Positions 21,661 through 33,113 of a stretch of DNA of 33,113 nt are shown piece after piece. Location of the stretch: the NCBI GenBank assembly GCA_051941275.1, contig JAVEBF010000077.1:1-33113 (forward strand). The letters are read 5' to 3'. Made by a program: the position numbers and the translations under genes. The DNA comes from Dirinaria sp. TL-2023a. Taxonomy: Eukaryota. Below the pieces are notes generated by a model. That model ran no database searches. It was not told the DNA's origin and saw nothing but the letters and a program-made list of their open reading frames with translations. The first letter of the stretch is position 1. Each line of letters opens with the position of its first letter.

Positions 21661-23805
21661 CGCCTAAAGACTGACCACACACCAGGGTAGTCGTTGGTCC
21701 TAGCGAGCTCAAACATAATGTTGGTTGGGTGACTCAATGGGCGAGAGATCTTGAAGATGACTTCTAAACAACTTTCATTTCTAATCTGCTGGAGGCTGAC
21801 GCTCCGCCCGAAGGGGTCTTTTGGTGAAGCTTGTGCTCAATAGATCTGTTCACTACAACTTTTGCCTCGTACAGGATTTGATGGCTGGTCATAAAGAGTG
21901 CCGGTCTGGCTTCGTAAACAACCAGGCGGTTCTCTGGCGTGGCTTTCAGTAAGCGCCAGTAGTAGCAATGATCGCATATGTGCCAGCGAAGTTCGAAAAG
22001 GAGGTCTTAAAGGTTAGTCATTTTCGAGGTTTGGGACTTCTGGTGTGGGACCTACTTTACCTTAAAGTACCTCCTATATGCAGGAATAATGCTAAATAAA
22101 GGTGGCCTAGAGCCACAAGGCCAAGATGGCAGTCACTCCAACACCATAACTAAGGTATGTACCGAATTGCTTTGCCGATGAACCCTCATAACATCTGATG
22201 TAGAAGCAACGGATTAAAATCCTCCGCGCCACTGTGGATAATGCGAGTGGCTTCTCGGAAGGACTCCGATTGCAGTATGAAGACTTCGCACGGCCTAGTG
22301 CCCTGGTCGTGGGATTCAAGGGAATAATAACCTAGTTTCTTATAAGCATGGTTGCTAATGGGTGACTTTGAAGCATTCGCCAGTAGAATCTCATGGCGGA
22401 AGCCCAGAGTTGTGAAGAAAAGCCTCTTACTCATTGTTCGCAGCCGAATAATGCTATCCCGATTCACCATTGGGTAGGCCAAAAGTTTCACCGAGGGTAT
22501 CATAACTACAGCTGCCGAGGGTTCGCAAACCCGTCATTAATCAAGTCAGTCTGTAGAGCGGCTTGAAGATTTTCACGTCCGAGCGCTATACGAAAGCAAA
22601 ATAATTTTGAGCAGGCTGTCGGTTCGTCCACGTTTAGGCGGAACAGCCGGACCTTGTTCAGAAAAGCAACGCACATGGCTTCCCACTACCTGCACCTGAT
22701 CCTCTCTACTAATGCGCCCAGCCAGTAATATGTAACACTCGTTTTCTGTCAGGGAATTTGGAGAGCTATTGAAAGGGTAATTCGAGACCGACAGGCTTTT
22801 TACCCTGCTTTAGGGTAACGGAATGCCTTGTTATGGTAAAGTCTTACCTATCCCTCGAGAGCTGGAACGTGGAGTTTCCATAAGCGTAATTTTGTCCTGC
22901 GCTTTCTGATGCTGAAGATACTCTCTATTTCGTTTCATTCATCTCGGGTTCAAGGGCTCTCTTGACTTTTCGATTCGCTTTTACGTATACTCTTCCTTTC
23001 ATTCTGAATCTCTACTATACCCTAACCTATATAATGTTATGCAACTTTCGTGCCTCTCTCGACATCACCATTGCACTTTGGAGGGCGCCTATCAGATCAC
23101 ACCGGCTGTCTGAGGCCTAATATTTCCTCGGACCACCTCTCCTGCATGTAGTTTAGACGCTAGTAGCGAGGTGTATGCGCTAGCAAAGTGCCGATAAAAG
23201 CAGGAAAAGGCAATATAAGCGGCAACGTCTGACGGGAAGCCGTGGCTCATCGTGTAAGTGCAGTTCAGGCTGAGTTTGTAAGTGAGCGGTAGGCATGAGG
23301 TTCACAACTAGGATCATGTGAGTAACCAACGCTATTCTCAGAGTGTGGCGTCTAGGTAGCGGAAACAGTATGATCAAAGTTTTTGAGGAGATATGGGTGC
23401 TATTCAAAGATGCTATGCCGATGGAGAAGATCGGCTTTGTGGCGATTGAGGGCGATGAGTATCGGGCTCGACTCCAGGTACAGAGAAGGCTAAGGGCTCG
23501 GAGATGTTCGCGATTTCTGAACTCGACGCCGAGGCACTTACAAATTGCAATTTTTCTCACTTCATGGTATGGCAGATGATCAGAGCACTCAAGGCGCAAT
23601 CATTGGGTCACCCTTCATTGACCTTGACCATGTGGGAGCACAGATATATAAGCCCTCACACGAATCCGGATTCTCATCAACCTAACCCCACCAAGAATCT
23701 TTGTTGCACATCCCCTTCATTTGCACTAGAAACGTCTCCTTAGTCCAGAACCTCCTCCGGGATTCACCCAGCAGCGTTCATAAGGATCGGCGTCCGTGTA
23801 TCACA

Positions 23806-24522
23806 ATGCAATACCTACGGCTTCTGTGGTTGGGCGCTACTCTGATACTTGGTCAGGTCATCGCTGCCCCTAACGTCAACATCAAAAGATCACCGAATAT
23901 AAGCCCCAGTGGTGGAACATTCCTAGTAGCCGAGGTATGTCCCAAGTCGCCTCCGCAGCTGCTGCATCAATCATACTAAAGTGAAACCTAGTTTGAAAAC
24001 GCCGGCTTCAGCGTCGCTAATTCTGAGGTTCCCGTCGGCATCTATCAAGGTGTCCTCTACGAGGGCTTCGCAGGTGTCGCCAACGTCGTCAGCGCTATCA
24101 CCGGCGTCCAACCCAACGGTGTGATCCCCTAATCTCCCAACAATGACATCGCGTACGGCGCCGCGAATGCCGTCTCCGCGGAGCAAGGCCCGGCGGCCAT
24201 GACGGTCGTCTACGACGACACCGAGTTCTTCTTCTTCGACCTCCTCGCTTTCTTCTTCGGCTGTAGCACCTTGGACCTCGCGCCTACATCATGCACCGTG
24301 ACCGCTACATGCATCAATACATCGAACCAGCAGGTGGCGTCGCAGTCCTTCAGTTATGTCGCCACAGGAGGCTTGACGCAGCAGATGGTGCAGGCCAGGC
24401 CAGTGGGGTTCAAGGGTTGCCAGACGGTAAACTTCTCGACGACAAGTGGCGGCGGCAGCAGCAGTACGATTATTACGTTGCTAGACACTATTAGCTATAT
24501 CCTATACGGCATACCGGCGTAG
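23806..24522 (+). pseudogene. Secreted fungal protein of unknown function interrupted by one in-frame TAA
   Basis: Exon 1 23806-23934 (signal peptide MQYLRLLWLGATLILGQVIAAP, then KR). Intron GTATGT..TAG 23935-23991. Exon 2 runs in one frame to 24522 except for TAA at 24130-24132 (GVIP*SPNN). Contains FDLLAFFFGC..CTVT. Confidence 0.75.
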
Positions 24523-27500
24523 CAAACAAGAACGTTGCCACCAATCGGACCAAGGCGCGGCCCCTAAAAGGACCAGGAGGAAAATAAAATTTGACCGCCA
24601 GTCGCACATTGTGTTTTTAAACCGCTTTCTATCGATTTCCATAGCGCTCAATATATTACTGCATCGTATGTCTTATGCCCATCTTACTGTTGCCTCAATC
24701 TTCATTCAATTGCTCAAAAGGATCACCTATTTGATTCTTCTACTCGCTCGCAACATCCCGACATCGATTCCACGACATTGCGTTTCCTCGTGAGATAACT
24801 TTCTCAGTTTTGTTTACAGTAGGCGGATCAAGCAAGACTGGGGTTCTACGCCCTCTCTCTACACAATCATCGTTTTGAGATTCTTCCATCCCCGAATGAT
24901 TCATCTACACCTCCACTGCCTCGCATCTGAGAAGACTTGCTTCGCTCTAACGCTCATTGCATACAACATAAATTTCCTAGTAATCTTCGCATAATCATCG
25001 ATCTTACAGCTACAGCTATTTCACCCCTGATCAATTCTCCCTCCATCTCCATCTTCCATCTTCCCCCGCCTAAACTACCCCTTCCCACCTACCCATTCCA
25101 GAAATGACACGGCCGCTTAAAACTCAATTTGAAACCCCAAGTATCGCCCTTCTTTTTGATCCATAGCCCCAAGACACACCCCAAACGTAAAAACCGCGAA
25201 AATAAAAATAGTTTTGGTGGATCGGAGTTGCTGGGTTTTGGATGACTATGTACTGTACTTTATTCCAATGAGTTTCTCACTCGTCAATCGTTCCTGCTTT
25301 TTTATCACATATGCCAGCTATTTGTAGTTCTTTTTTCTGGTTTTGTGCAGCGAAGACTCTGGGTGTATGTATGTAGGTACGAGTACGCTGGCACTATTCC
25401 ACTATTGTACGAGACTCCGCAAGCGAGGAGGATGCAGGTACTTGTACCACGTGGTGGCATGGCAACCTCGTGGGCCTGTGCTGTGGGGAATAGTCCGGAT
25501 CTGCGAAGGAAAAGTCATAATTAAAGTCGAAATCATGGCGCTGATTCTTCTTTCAAGAGCGTCTGAATCCGAGACTCGTCTTTCTTGCGTCTACTAAATG
25601 ATAGCAGTTCTCTTACCCTCCTTCTCTCTCTGCTCACGTACTCCACTAAATATCCTGTCTACTCTCGTTTTCTCAAAGCATCTGCTTCAGTCCAACCCCT
25701 GTATCTCTGAGGTGAATTATGTTGTGTACTGGGTATGGGAAGATTTGATGCCCGTATACTCATATACCCGTTTTGAATAGCTAAGGTAGGTAAAGCTCTT
25801 TGTGTATAAACTTATCACCAGCATTTGGTCATGATTTTTATTTTATCATGTGTGTAAGGTACGAGGACTAAGGTATGTCTTCGTGGATCTTGCTGGTTCA
25901 TTTCTCTGCACAGAAGCCGCTTTTCCCTACCTACCTACCTACCACGTCAGATAAATAAGGTATTTACTTGTTAGAAAAGCTTATCAATATCTGCGCTACC
26001 GACTGGACTCTATCTAATTCATGGTCTGAAAAGAGAGAGGGTTCGTGATTCCTAATGGCTAGGTAGTTCTCGTTTTTCTAGTATTCAGAGTTCTGGTTGA
26101 GTTACGTCTTTTCAGTCACCGCCTTACTCATATTGATCATCGATACCAGAATTGCTCTTGTGGTAATGAGAGACGATAGAACGCTGGGCTTGCATTGGGC
26201 TTTGGCTTGGGCTGCAGCGTCGCGGGAACTGCACGTCTACACTCTTTTAGCCTCATGAACGGTGGAAAAGTCATCATCTCGACAGCCAATATGATATCAA
26301 TTGGTTCCATGGCGCTTGTCTGAATCGCGAAGGGCGATCCTAGAAACAGTATATCGCAATTTCCATTCCCTATTTATCTTCATTGCCCATTGGCTGCATC
26401 AGGATCAGTTCGAGAGCCGAAACGTGATCATTCATTTGTTAGGCGCCTCGGCAGATCGCTATAGTCTCTCCAAGGTTTCCTTGGTGTTCAATCCACAAAT
26501 TCCTCTTTTGTTTCTTCGCGACCTCAAAGTGTTGGCGCGGTGTCAATAATCAGCCTTGTGTATACCCTGCTGCTTTATTGTCCGTTTGATCCCCTTCACC
26601 TATTTACATCAATAAATCTCCTTCAACATCTTCCACCTTTTCCATTGTCATTGCAGAAGCAACCTGGAGCTTGACCCGTGTGGTTGACGCATTCATCGCC
26701 ATTGGTTAATCCTATGCGCTCGCTAACAGCATGGCTCGTGAGTCCCAGGGTTCGTCGATCAACGACTCAGCGAGCAATCCTTCTCTCTCAGCTCTACGAC
26801 ACGCTTCTACAAACCTTCGTTTTCTCGCTGCCGTCTTCTTCGTCGCCTTCTTGATTCTTCCCCGCATCTTGAGACGCGATTATGCGCCAGGACCTTTCTT
26901 GAATCGCTCTGTTTGCAGTGTTTAGCTACGGAGTCGAGCTGTTCGATATAGTGTCGAATTTCAATCTCTTCGCATCCCGCGTGGCGAAGTATTGTAGATG
27001 GTATATTGGAAGAAAGAAAAAAAAAGAAACCGGGAACAGATGCGGCAAGTTGTAGAAACATGATCGCAATACTCGGGCGAATTGCTAAGGATGTTGGCGA
27101 AAACCGAATTTCTGTATCGCGAACGGTGGAAATCGCAATCGTTGATATACTGAGTTTCATGATATTGAGATCTTTCTTCTGTCGTCGCTATGTCTTCAAA
27201 GAAGCAGAAGACCGCTACGGAGACCGCAGCGCAGGTTGAATTTAGAAAGACGAAGCCGATTTTGCGATACCATTGACACGATACTGTAGGCACTAGCGAC
27301 GACGAAGAAGAGGAAAGTTCTAAACATCAGGCAACTCAGTGTACACATGACTTGCAGCTTCAAAAATGATTTTATATAGCGCAATGATGGTTGTTCGATT
27401 GCGTTATGAACCTGAGGACAATTTAGGGAGGATTTGGCCCATTAAAACCATGCCAAGGCGCTAGGTAAGCGAAGTTCCAATATTTATGCGCGCAAGACCG

Positions 27501-27556
27501 AGAGCTCAGCCTTTCCCCTCAACGACGGAATTCCCTTCCATATATTCATTTGATAG

Positions 27557-30500
27557 ATGGCTGATCCTCTGAGTATAACAGCCAGTATCATCGCGGTGGT
27601 AACTTTAGGCAGTACGGTCTTGAATTATCTGCGTGAGGTGAAAGATGAACCGCAAGAGCGTGTCCGTCTCCGCAATGATCTTCGCAGTGCCTGGTTGGCC
27701 CTCTCTGTGCTCAAGGAGCGACTTAAGGAATCTGACAAAGATCCATCCTCGCTTTCTTCAATTCACCTGTTGGGCGGTGAGAATGGACCAATCGACCAGT
27801 TCAAGCGACTTCTTGAGCGGCTCTCTAAAAAGTTGACGCCCAAAGATGGCAAAATGAGAAAATTTAGCAGAGCAGTTGCATGGCCTTTCGAAAGCCAAGA
27901 AGTGAAGGACATCCTTAGCGCATTAGATCGACTGAGGTCAATGTTTCAACTAGCAATAGGGAATGATAGCCTGTATGGACATTCGAAAGATCTGCGTTTT
28001 ACTCTTTTCAGGCGCTTTTGACCAAGTTTACAGGACTTTGATCCAGGACATCAGAGAAGATACGTCAAATATACCATCGTTAACACAAGACATAGCAGAT
28101 ATCAGTCAGTCATTTGGAGCCCTACAGGCTAGTGAACCAGGTATCGTCATCTTTCAAACATACAATTGAGCATTTCTAAGTTCTTTGCTAAGTTATAAGT
28201 GTCTGAGCGACGTTCCATCATCAGATGGTTTTCTCCTTTGAGCTTCTTCAAGACTCATGACGATCATTATGCAAAAGTTGTGAAAGAAACTGGCCAGTGG
28301 TTTTTAGTTTCAGACCCTTTTAATGCATGGCTCAGTAGCAACAACGGCATCTTGTGGTGTCCTGGAATTGGTATGTGTCGATTTTCTCATCAGTAATTCA
28401 TGCACATTTGATCATGGGCTAAGCGAGCATCCTCAGTGGGCGCTGGAAAGACTATGCTCCTGTCAGAAGACCTTCACTGCCACGTGGGCCTACTTGAAGC
28501 TCACAAGAACAGATCTATCGCTGTAGAACACACCGTTAAGACCCAGGAAGGACGACCCAAGGACGAAATTGGTATTGCCTATGTCTATTGCAACTACAAG
28601 GAGCAAGATACACAGAGGCCTGAGAACCTTCTGGCTAGCGTATGGAGACAACTGATCGACGACCAAGCCGACCTTGGTGACAGTATCCGAAGGCAGTATT
28701 CAACACACGTGGACAAAGGGACCCGCCCTAAATTGAAAGAGATTGCAGATGAACTCCGCAAGGAGACGGACCGATTCCAGAAGGTGTATGTCTTCATTGA
28801 TGCACTCGACGAATTGACCGATGAGCAGACGCGTGAGACTTTTATCGATCAGTTTCAGGCATTCTCAAACATATGTCTGATGGTGACTTCGCGGTATTTT
28901 GAAAGCCTAGCGCGTCTCTTCAAGAATGCAGCGATATTGGAAATAGCTGCACACGCGACTGATGTTCAAAGATATGTCACGGGTCGGATTGCTCAAGGCG
29001 GTCGGCTATCTCGACACATCAAAGCAGATGCAACGCTAGAAAAGGCCATCGGGGATAGTGTAGTGAAGAATGCGGACAAAATGTACCAGGATCCTGCATT
29101 CAACTCATCAGCCTTCATTACTAAAAGGATATTAGGTTCCTTCTCGCTCAGCTTCACATGGACTCACTGGTCTTGCAAGTAAGTCAAAAGGCTGTTCGCC
29201 AGGCTCTAGATACCTTGCCAAAGGGCTTAGACGCTACTTACGATGAAGCCATGTCAAGAATTGACGAGCAGGGAGAGCAAGACACTCGCTTGGCCGGACA
29301 GGTCCTATCTTGGATATCATTTGCAGTCAGACCACTAGAGCTAGCCGAGCTTCGAGAGGCACTGTCTATTGAGCTAGAGGCGCCTGAGCTTGACAATAGC
29401 GCGGCCCCTGATGACGAATTGATCACATCTGTATGTGCCGGACTCGTTGTTATCGACCCAAAGAGCGAAGTGGTTCGTCTCTGCCACTACAGCGCGGAAG
29501 AATACCTCAAACGGTCCCGTGCCGTTCGTTTTCCGACCGCGCAAACGGATATTGCTCAGGCATGCCTGACGTATCTCATGTTCCACGAATTCAAACAGGG
29601 GCCAATCAAAGATGAGTATAAGGCCTTGCAACACATCATAGATCATAGATTACTTGCCTACGCCAGCACCAACTGGGGCAAGCATCTGCAAGGACCTCCC
29701 GAAGAGAAGCTTCAGCAAATGACACTTCAGTTTCTAAGCGGTGATGATGGAAGAATGGCACACTCAGTTCAGATCGCTTCCTGGTTAGACTATTTTTATC
29801 GCGGATGTTCGCAGAAGTATCCTAAAAATGTAATCGGCCTTCACTTAGCCGCCGATTTCGGTTTGGAGATCATTCTGGAGACTCTCCTCAAGCAAGGAGC
29901 CGATGTAGGTGCGAAAGACAGCAATGGAGAAAATGCTCTGCACAAAGCCGCTAAAGGTGGTCATAAAGCTCCCGTTCAAATACTCCTTGGGCGCGGACTC
30001 GATGTCATGACTGAAGATAGTTTTGGCTGGACAGCTCTTCACAAAGCTGCTACTAGTGGCAGTGACGAGGTGGTTCTTGTGCTTCTGCAAGCAGGAGCCA
30101 CCATATCCAAAGGTGTAGATGGCAGAACAGCACTACACTTTGCAGCGGAGTTCGGCAGCGAAGAGATTGCCAGCGTGCTATTAGGTGAAGGTGCAGACGT
30201 CTCAGCGACCGCCAATCCCACTTTTGGCGACTCGTGGGATAGGAAGTTCAACGCGGGGCGCACTCCTCTCCACTGGGCGGCTTCGAATGGCTACGACGGC
30301 CTGATCAAACTCTTGAGTGGTCGCGGCGCCAACATTGATGCTCGGAATTCAACGTTACGAACGCCTCTTCAAGAAGCGCTTATGTGGGGCCATGTTCCTG
30401 CTGTAGAAGCCCTCCTTGAGTGTGGCGCGTCTGTTCAATATGCGGATAACGAAGGTTGGACACCTCTACACGAAGCAGCATGGAGGTCACCAGCGAGGGC

Positions 30501-30918
30501 AACGCAGCTCTTGCTTGACCGTGGCGCGGATGTCGATTCCTTGACAAACCATCCTCAAGGAAGTATTCCTGGCCCTTATTCCGAAAGCGATGAGGTCCTG
30601 CAAGGCCATAATACGCCTCTACATTTAGCGGCTATCTGCGACAATCTAGATGCGGTCAAGATCCTGCTTAACAAAGGCGCCGATCTCTACAAATATGATC
30701 AAAAGGGATTAATGGCTCTTCACATGGCTGTGATCGGAAGATCGATATCGGTTATCGAGTTCCTGCTCGACAATGAGAACTGCAGAGTCCCGGTCGACAT
30801 CAAAGCCGCTGAAAACGGCGATACTGCGCTTCATAAAGCAGCTGCTAGAGGATACGAGGAGTGCGTTTGCCTGCTGCTCGATCGCGGAGCAGACCTCGCG
30901 GAGCAGACCTCGCGGTAG
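27557..30918 (+). CDS. Fungal NLR-like STAND protein: HeLo-like/SesA-type N-terminal domain, NACHT NTPase, ankyrin repeats (last repeat truncated)
   Basis: Exons 27557-27972, 28034-28140, 28200-28370, 28437-28461, 28513-29082, 29136-30918. MADPLSITASIIAV..WPF N-domain; ETGQWFL; Walker A WCPGIVGAGKT; AYVYCNYKEQ; Walker B VFIDALDE; MFLLAQLHMDSL; roughly 9-10 ankyrin repeats (TALHKAA, TPLHWAA, GAD). Confidence 0.92.
30887..30914. repeat. Perfect 14-bp tandem duplication (GAGCAGACCTCGCG x2)
   Basis: 30887-30900 is identical to 30901-30914. Confidence 0.95.
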
Positions 30919-32984
30919 AGAATCATCTGGGAATAAACGCAATGACTGTTGCGCAAGCATGTGGACGCAATCACATTGTGGAGCTTTTGAGTATGTATGA
31001 GACCATTTGAACTTACATGAAAGCAACCGACAACGCGACGTAACATACCACGTCCCAAGACATAATACTCGTTTTGGTTTTTTTGGTTCCGGCCATTCTT
31101 GCCCGACGTCGATCCGACACATACAGAATTATTCATTACACATGATCAAGATTAAGGCTGAATCTTCTCGACATTAGTAACTGTTAACTTTCAACGCTCT
31201 GTTGGTTGACGTCTTCCCAAAAATCCCAAGTACGGCTACTACCTCCAGAATTAATACCTACTGGATCTTGTATACTATCCGTGTCGCTGTACTGCAACTT
31301 CTCACTGATGTAATTGGCAGAAGCCGGCTTGTCCCAATGTTGGCTGTTCGGAGTGGTGGCGGCGGGCTAGTGGCAGATTGGGCTATCCTAGGTTACAGAA
31401 CGCAGTGGAGGTTACGGCGACTTGCAGAAATGAGACCTAGCAAAGGCGCTATAACGTCCTTTATCCCGATTCGTGATAACCGCGCAGGATCATCCTTGTC
31501 TCAAGTAAAATCTCTGGGCAGCAATGAAGATTTAGTCACGATCGTGACTGTGGGCTATTCAGAACCAAATTCTGAATATTGACAGGGCTATTGAGGAACT
31601 GACAGACGACACCTAATCGTTCAGGTTTCCGTAACAACTACTACTGCCATAAGGTATCGTCTAATATACTATACCGAGCGCGCCTTTCCGATACTCATTG
31701 AACGGATGGTTTCTCTGAACATCGATTCAGGCACAACACAAAGGAATAGTCCTGCTCACTTCACTATCAAATGGTTTACTCGGTTTTTTGCCGAACCCAA
31801 CCTTCATAGCTAAATGGATATTTGGCCAGCAAGGTCTTGATGACTACCAGCATGATCAGCCTTCACATCTGAAAAACAACAAAGACAGATATTCACATAT
31901 CCCTATATCTCAGATTTCCCGGATACAATGTGAAGCAATTAATGTCCCAAAGCCTGAACTTATGATTCAGCTATATCTGATGACTATCGAAATTTTGTCG
32001 AAATGTGAAGTTACTTACAAACAATAAAACACGTTCTTATCATCCTGATCATTTGCTGGCTCGGAGATGTCGAAGTTTGAAAATCACTTCCACATAAGAC
32101 CTCCTCACTCCATGCCGCTTTGGCCGGAGAGGAGCCGGTTCTACTGTTCAGATAACTTCAGTCCGATAAAGCCCTCACTTAGGGACTAACTCCCATTGTG
32201 CGCATTTAGGTATGTCGCATTGTAAAAAACCGTTTTCCCGGTGGCTGCGTTCATCGAGAAACTGTCATCCCAAATATAATCTTCATGAACTCACCGTGGC
32301 TGAATACTTTGATCCTCTCTGTCTTGAGCAGCCGAAGCAATCGAGGTACCATGATCACTGCATCGAGATTGAGTGAAATCTTAAGATACAATGCTCATTG
32401 ACTCATATTTCACTGATTTTCGCAACCACCAAAAGGATGTGAAAAGTTTACGTCGCTTCATTGTGACTTGCTGGATATTCGAACTGATGTTTGTAGAAAC
32501 AAGGGATGGGCAACTTATCTACTTATGGGAGCGGAGAGCTATCAAACTTTTTTGGTGGTCTAACGTCAATTCAATATCCACTCCCTCATCATCGTCGTCG
32601 TCGTCGTCGTTTTTGATTCTCTCATTCAATACTGGCCGTCACAGTATCTGCCATACTACCTGCCAAAGAACAAAAACCCATTTTTTCACAAAATTATCGG
32701 AATACATGCAGTGGGATGAAGCAGCTCAGGAGCATGGTTATTAAAATTATTAAAAGGGGGAAAAAGTTGAGTCACAAGCAACCCGGCTTGACCAGTCGAG
32801 CCGAACCCTGAATGAGCCCTGACACCGATAGATTTCCAACAAAACACCTTACTGCCTGTGTACATACCACCTAAACACACAATAATAACGTGTCGCATAG
32901 GACGTATGTAAGCATAGCAAAAACCATGGTAGATAATCATGACAGATAAAACCTCCCTAAAATTTCTGGCTTGAGAGAGAAAGT

Positions 32985-33005
32985 AAAAAAAAAAAAAAAA
33001 AAAAA
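32985..33005. repeat. Poly(A) homopolymer
   Basis: 21 consecutive A residues followed by CGAAG repeats. Confidence 0.9.
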
Positions 33006-33113
33006 CGAAGCGAAGCGAAACGATGTATAGATAACCCTACCTACCTTAGTAGTAATACCTTACCTACCTTAAGGGTTCACACAAACCAAACCCTCAACCC
33101 AAAACCCCAAAAA

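Noticed and set aside
22107..23599. Short ORFs at 22.1-23.6 kb
   Set aside because: No recognisable motif or consistent splice model; may be decayed coding DNA but cannot be supported.
26731..27384. Effector or amyloid partner gene directly upstream of the NLR
   Set aside because: Overlapping short ORFs on both strands with no HeLo, gasdermin, hydrolase or amyloid signature; likely promoter region.
32985..33005. LINE/SINE poly(A) tail
   Set aside because: No upstream reverse-transcriptase remnant or target-site duplication seen.
33080..33113. Telomere repeat
   Set aside because: C/A-rich, but no tandem CCCTAA array; only irregular low complexity.

Overview
Eukaryotic (filamentous ascomycete-type) genomic DNA with short GT-AG introns; no prokaryotic features, rRNA, tRNA or CRISPR seen. 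The left half (~0.8-16.3 kb) is gene-dense and intact: a small Cys-rich CaaX protein, SDH7/ACN9, MTQ2, SmD1, PKR1, a 10-exon MFS sugar porter, a zinc-finger transcription factor and a GTPBP1/2-like GTPase. The right half (~16.3-33 kb) is gene-poor and looks like a decaying accessory region. It holds an amino-acid permease pseudogene, a candidate secreted knottin-like peptide, a possible NRPS remnant, a secreted protein with one in-frame stop, and a fungal NLR (HeLo-like/SesA-type N-terminus + NACHT + ankyrins) whose last ankyrin repeat is cut off by a 14-bp tandem duplication. All exon models and family calls were made by eye, without database searches. I cannot establish a novel multi-gene system; the best leads are the NLR duplication, the knottin-like peptide, the CaaX protein and the in-frame introns of the transcription factor.
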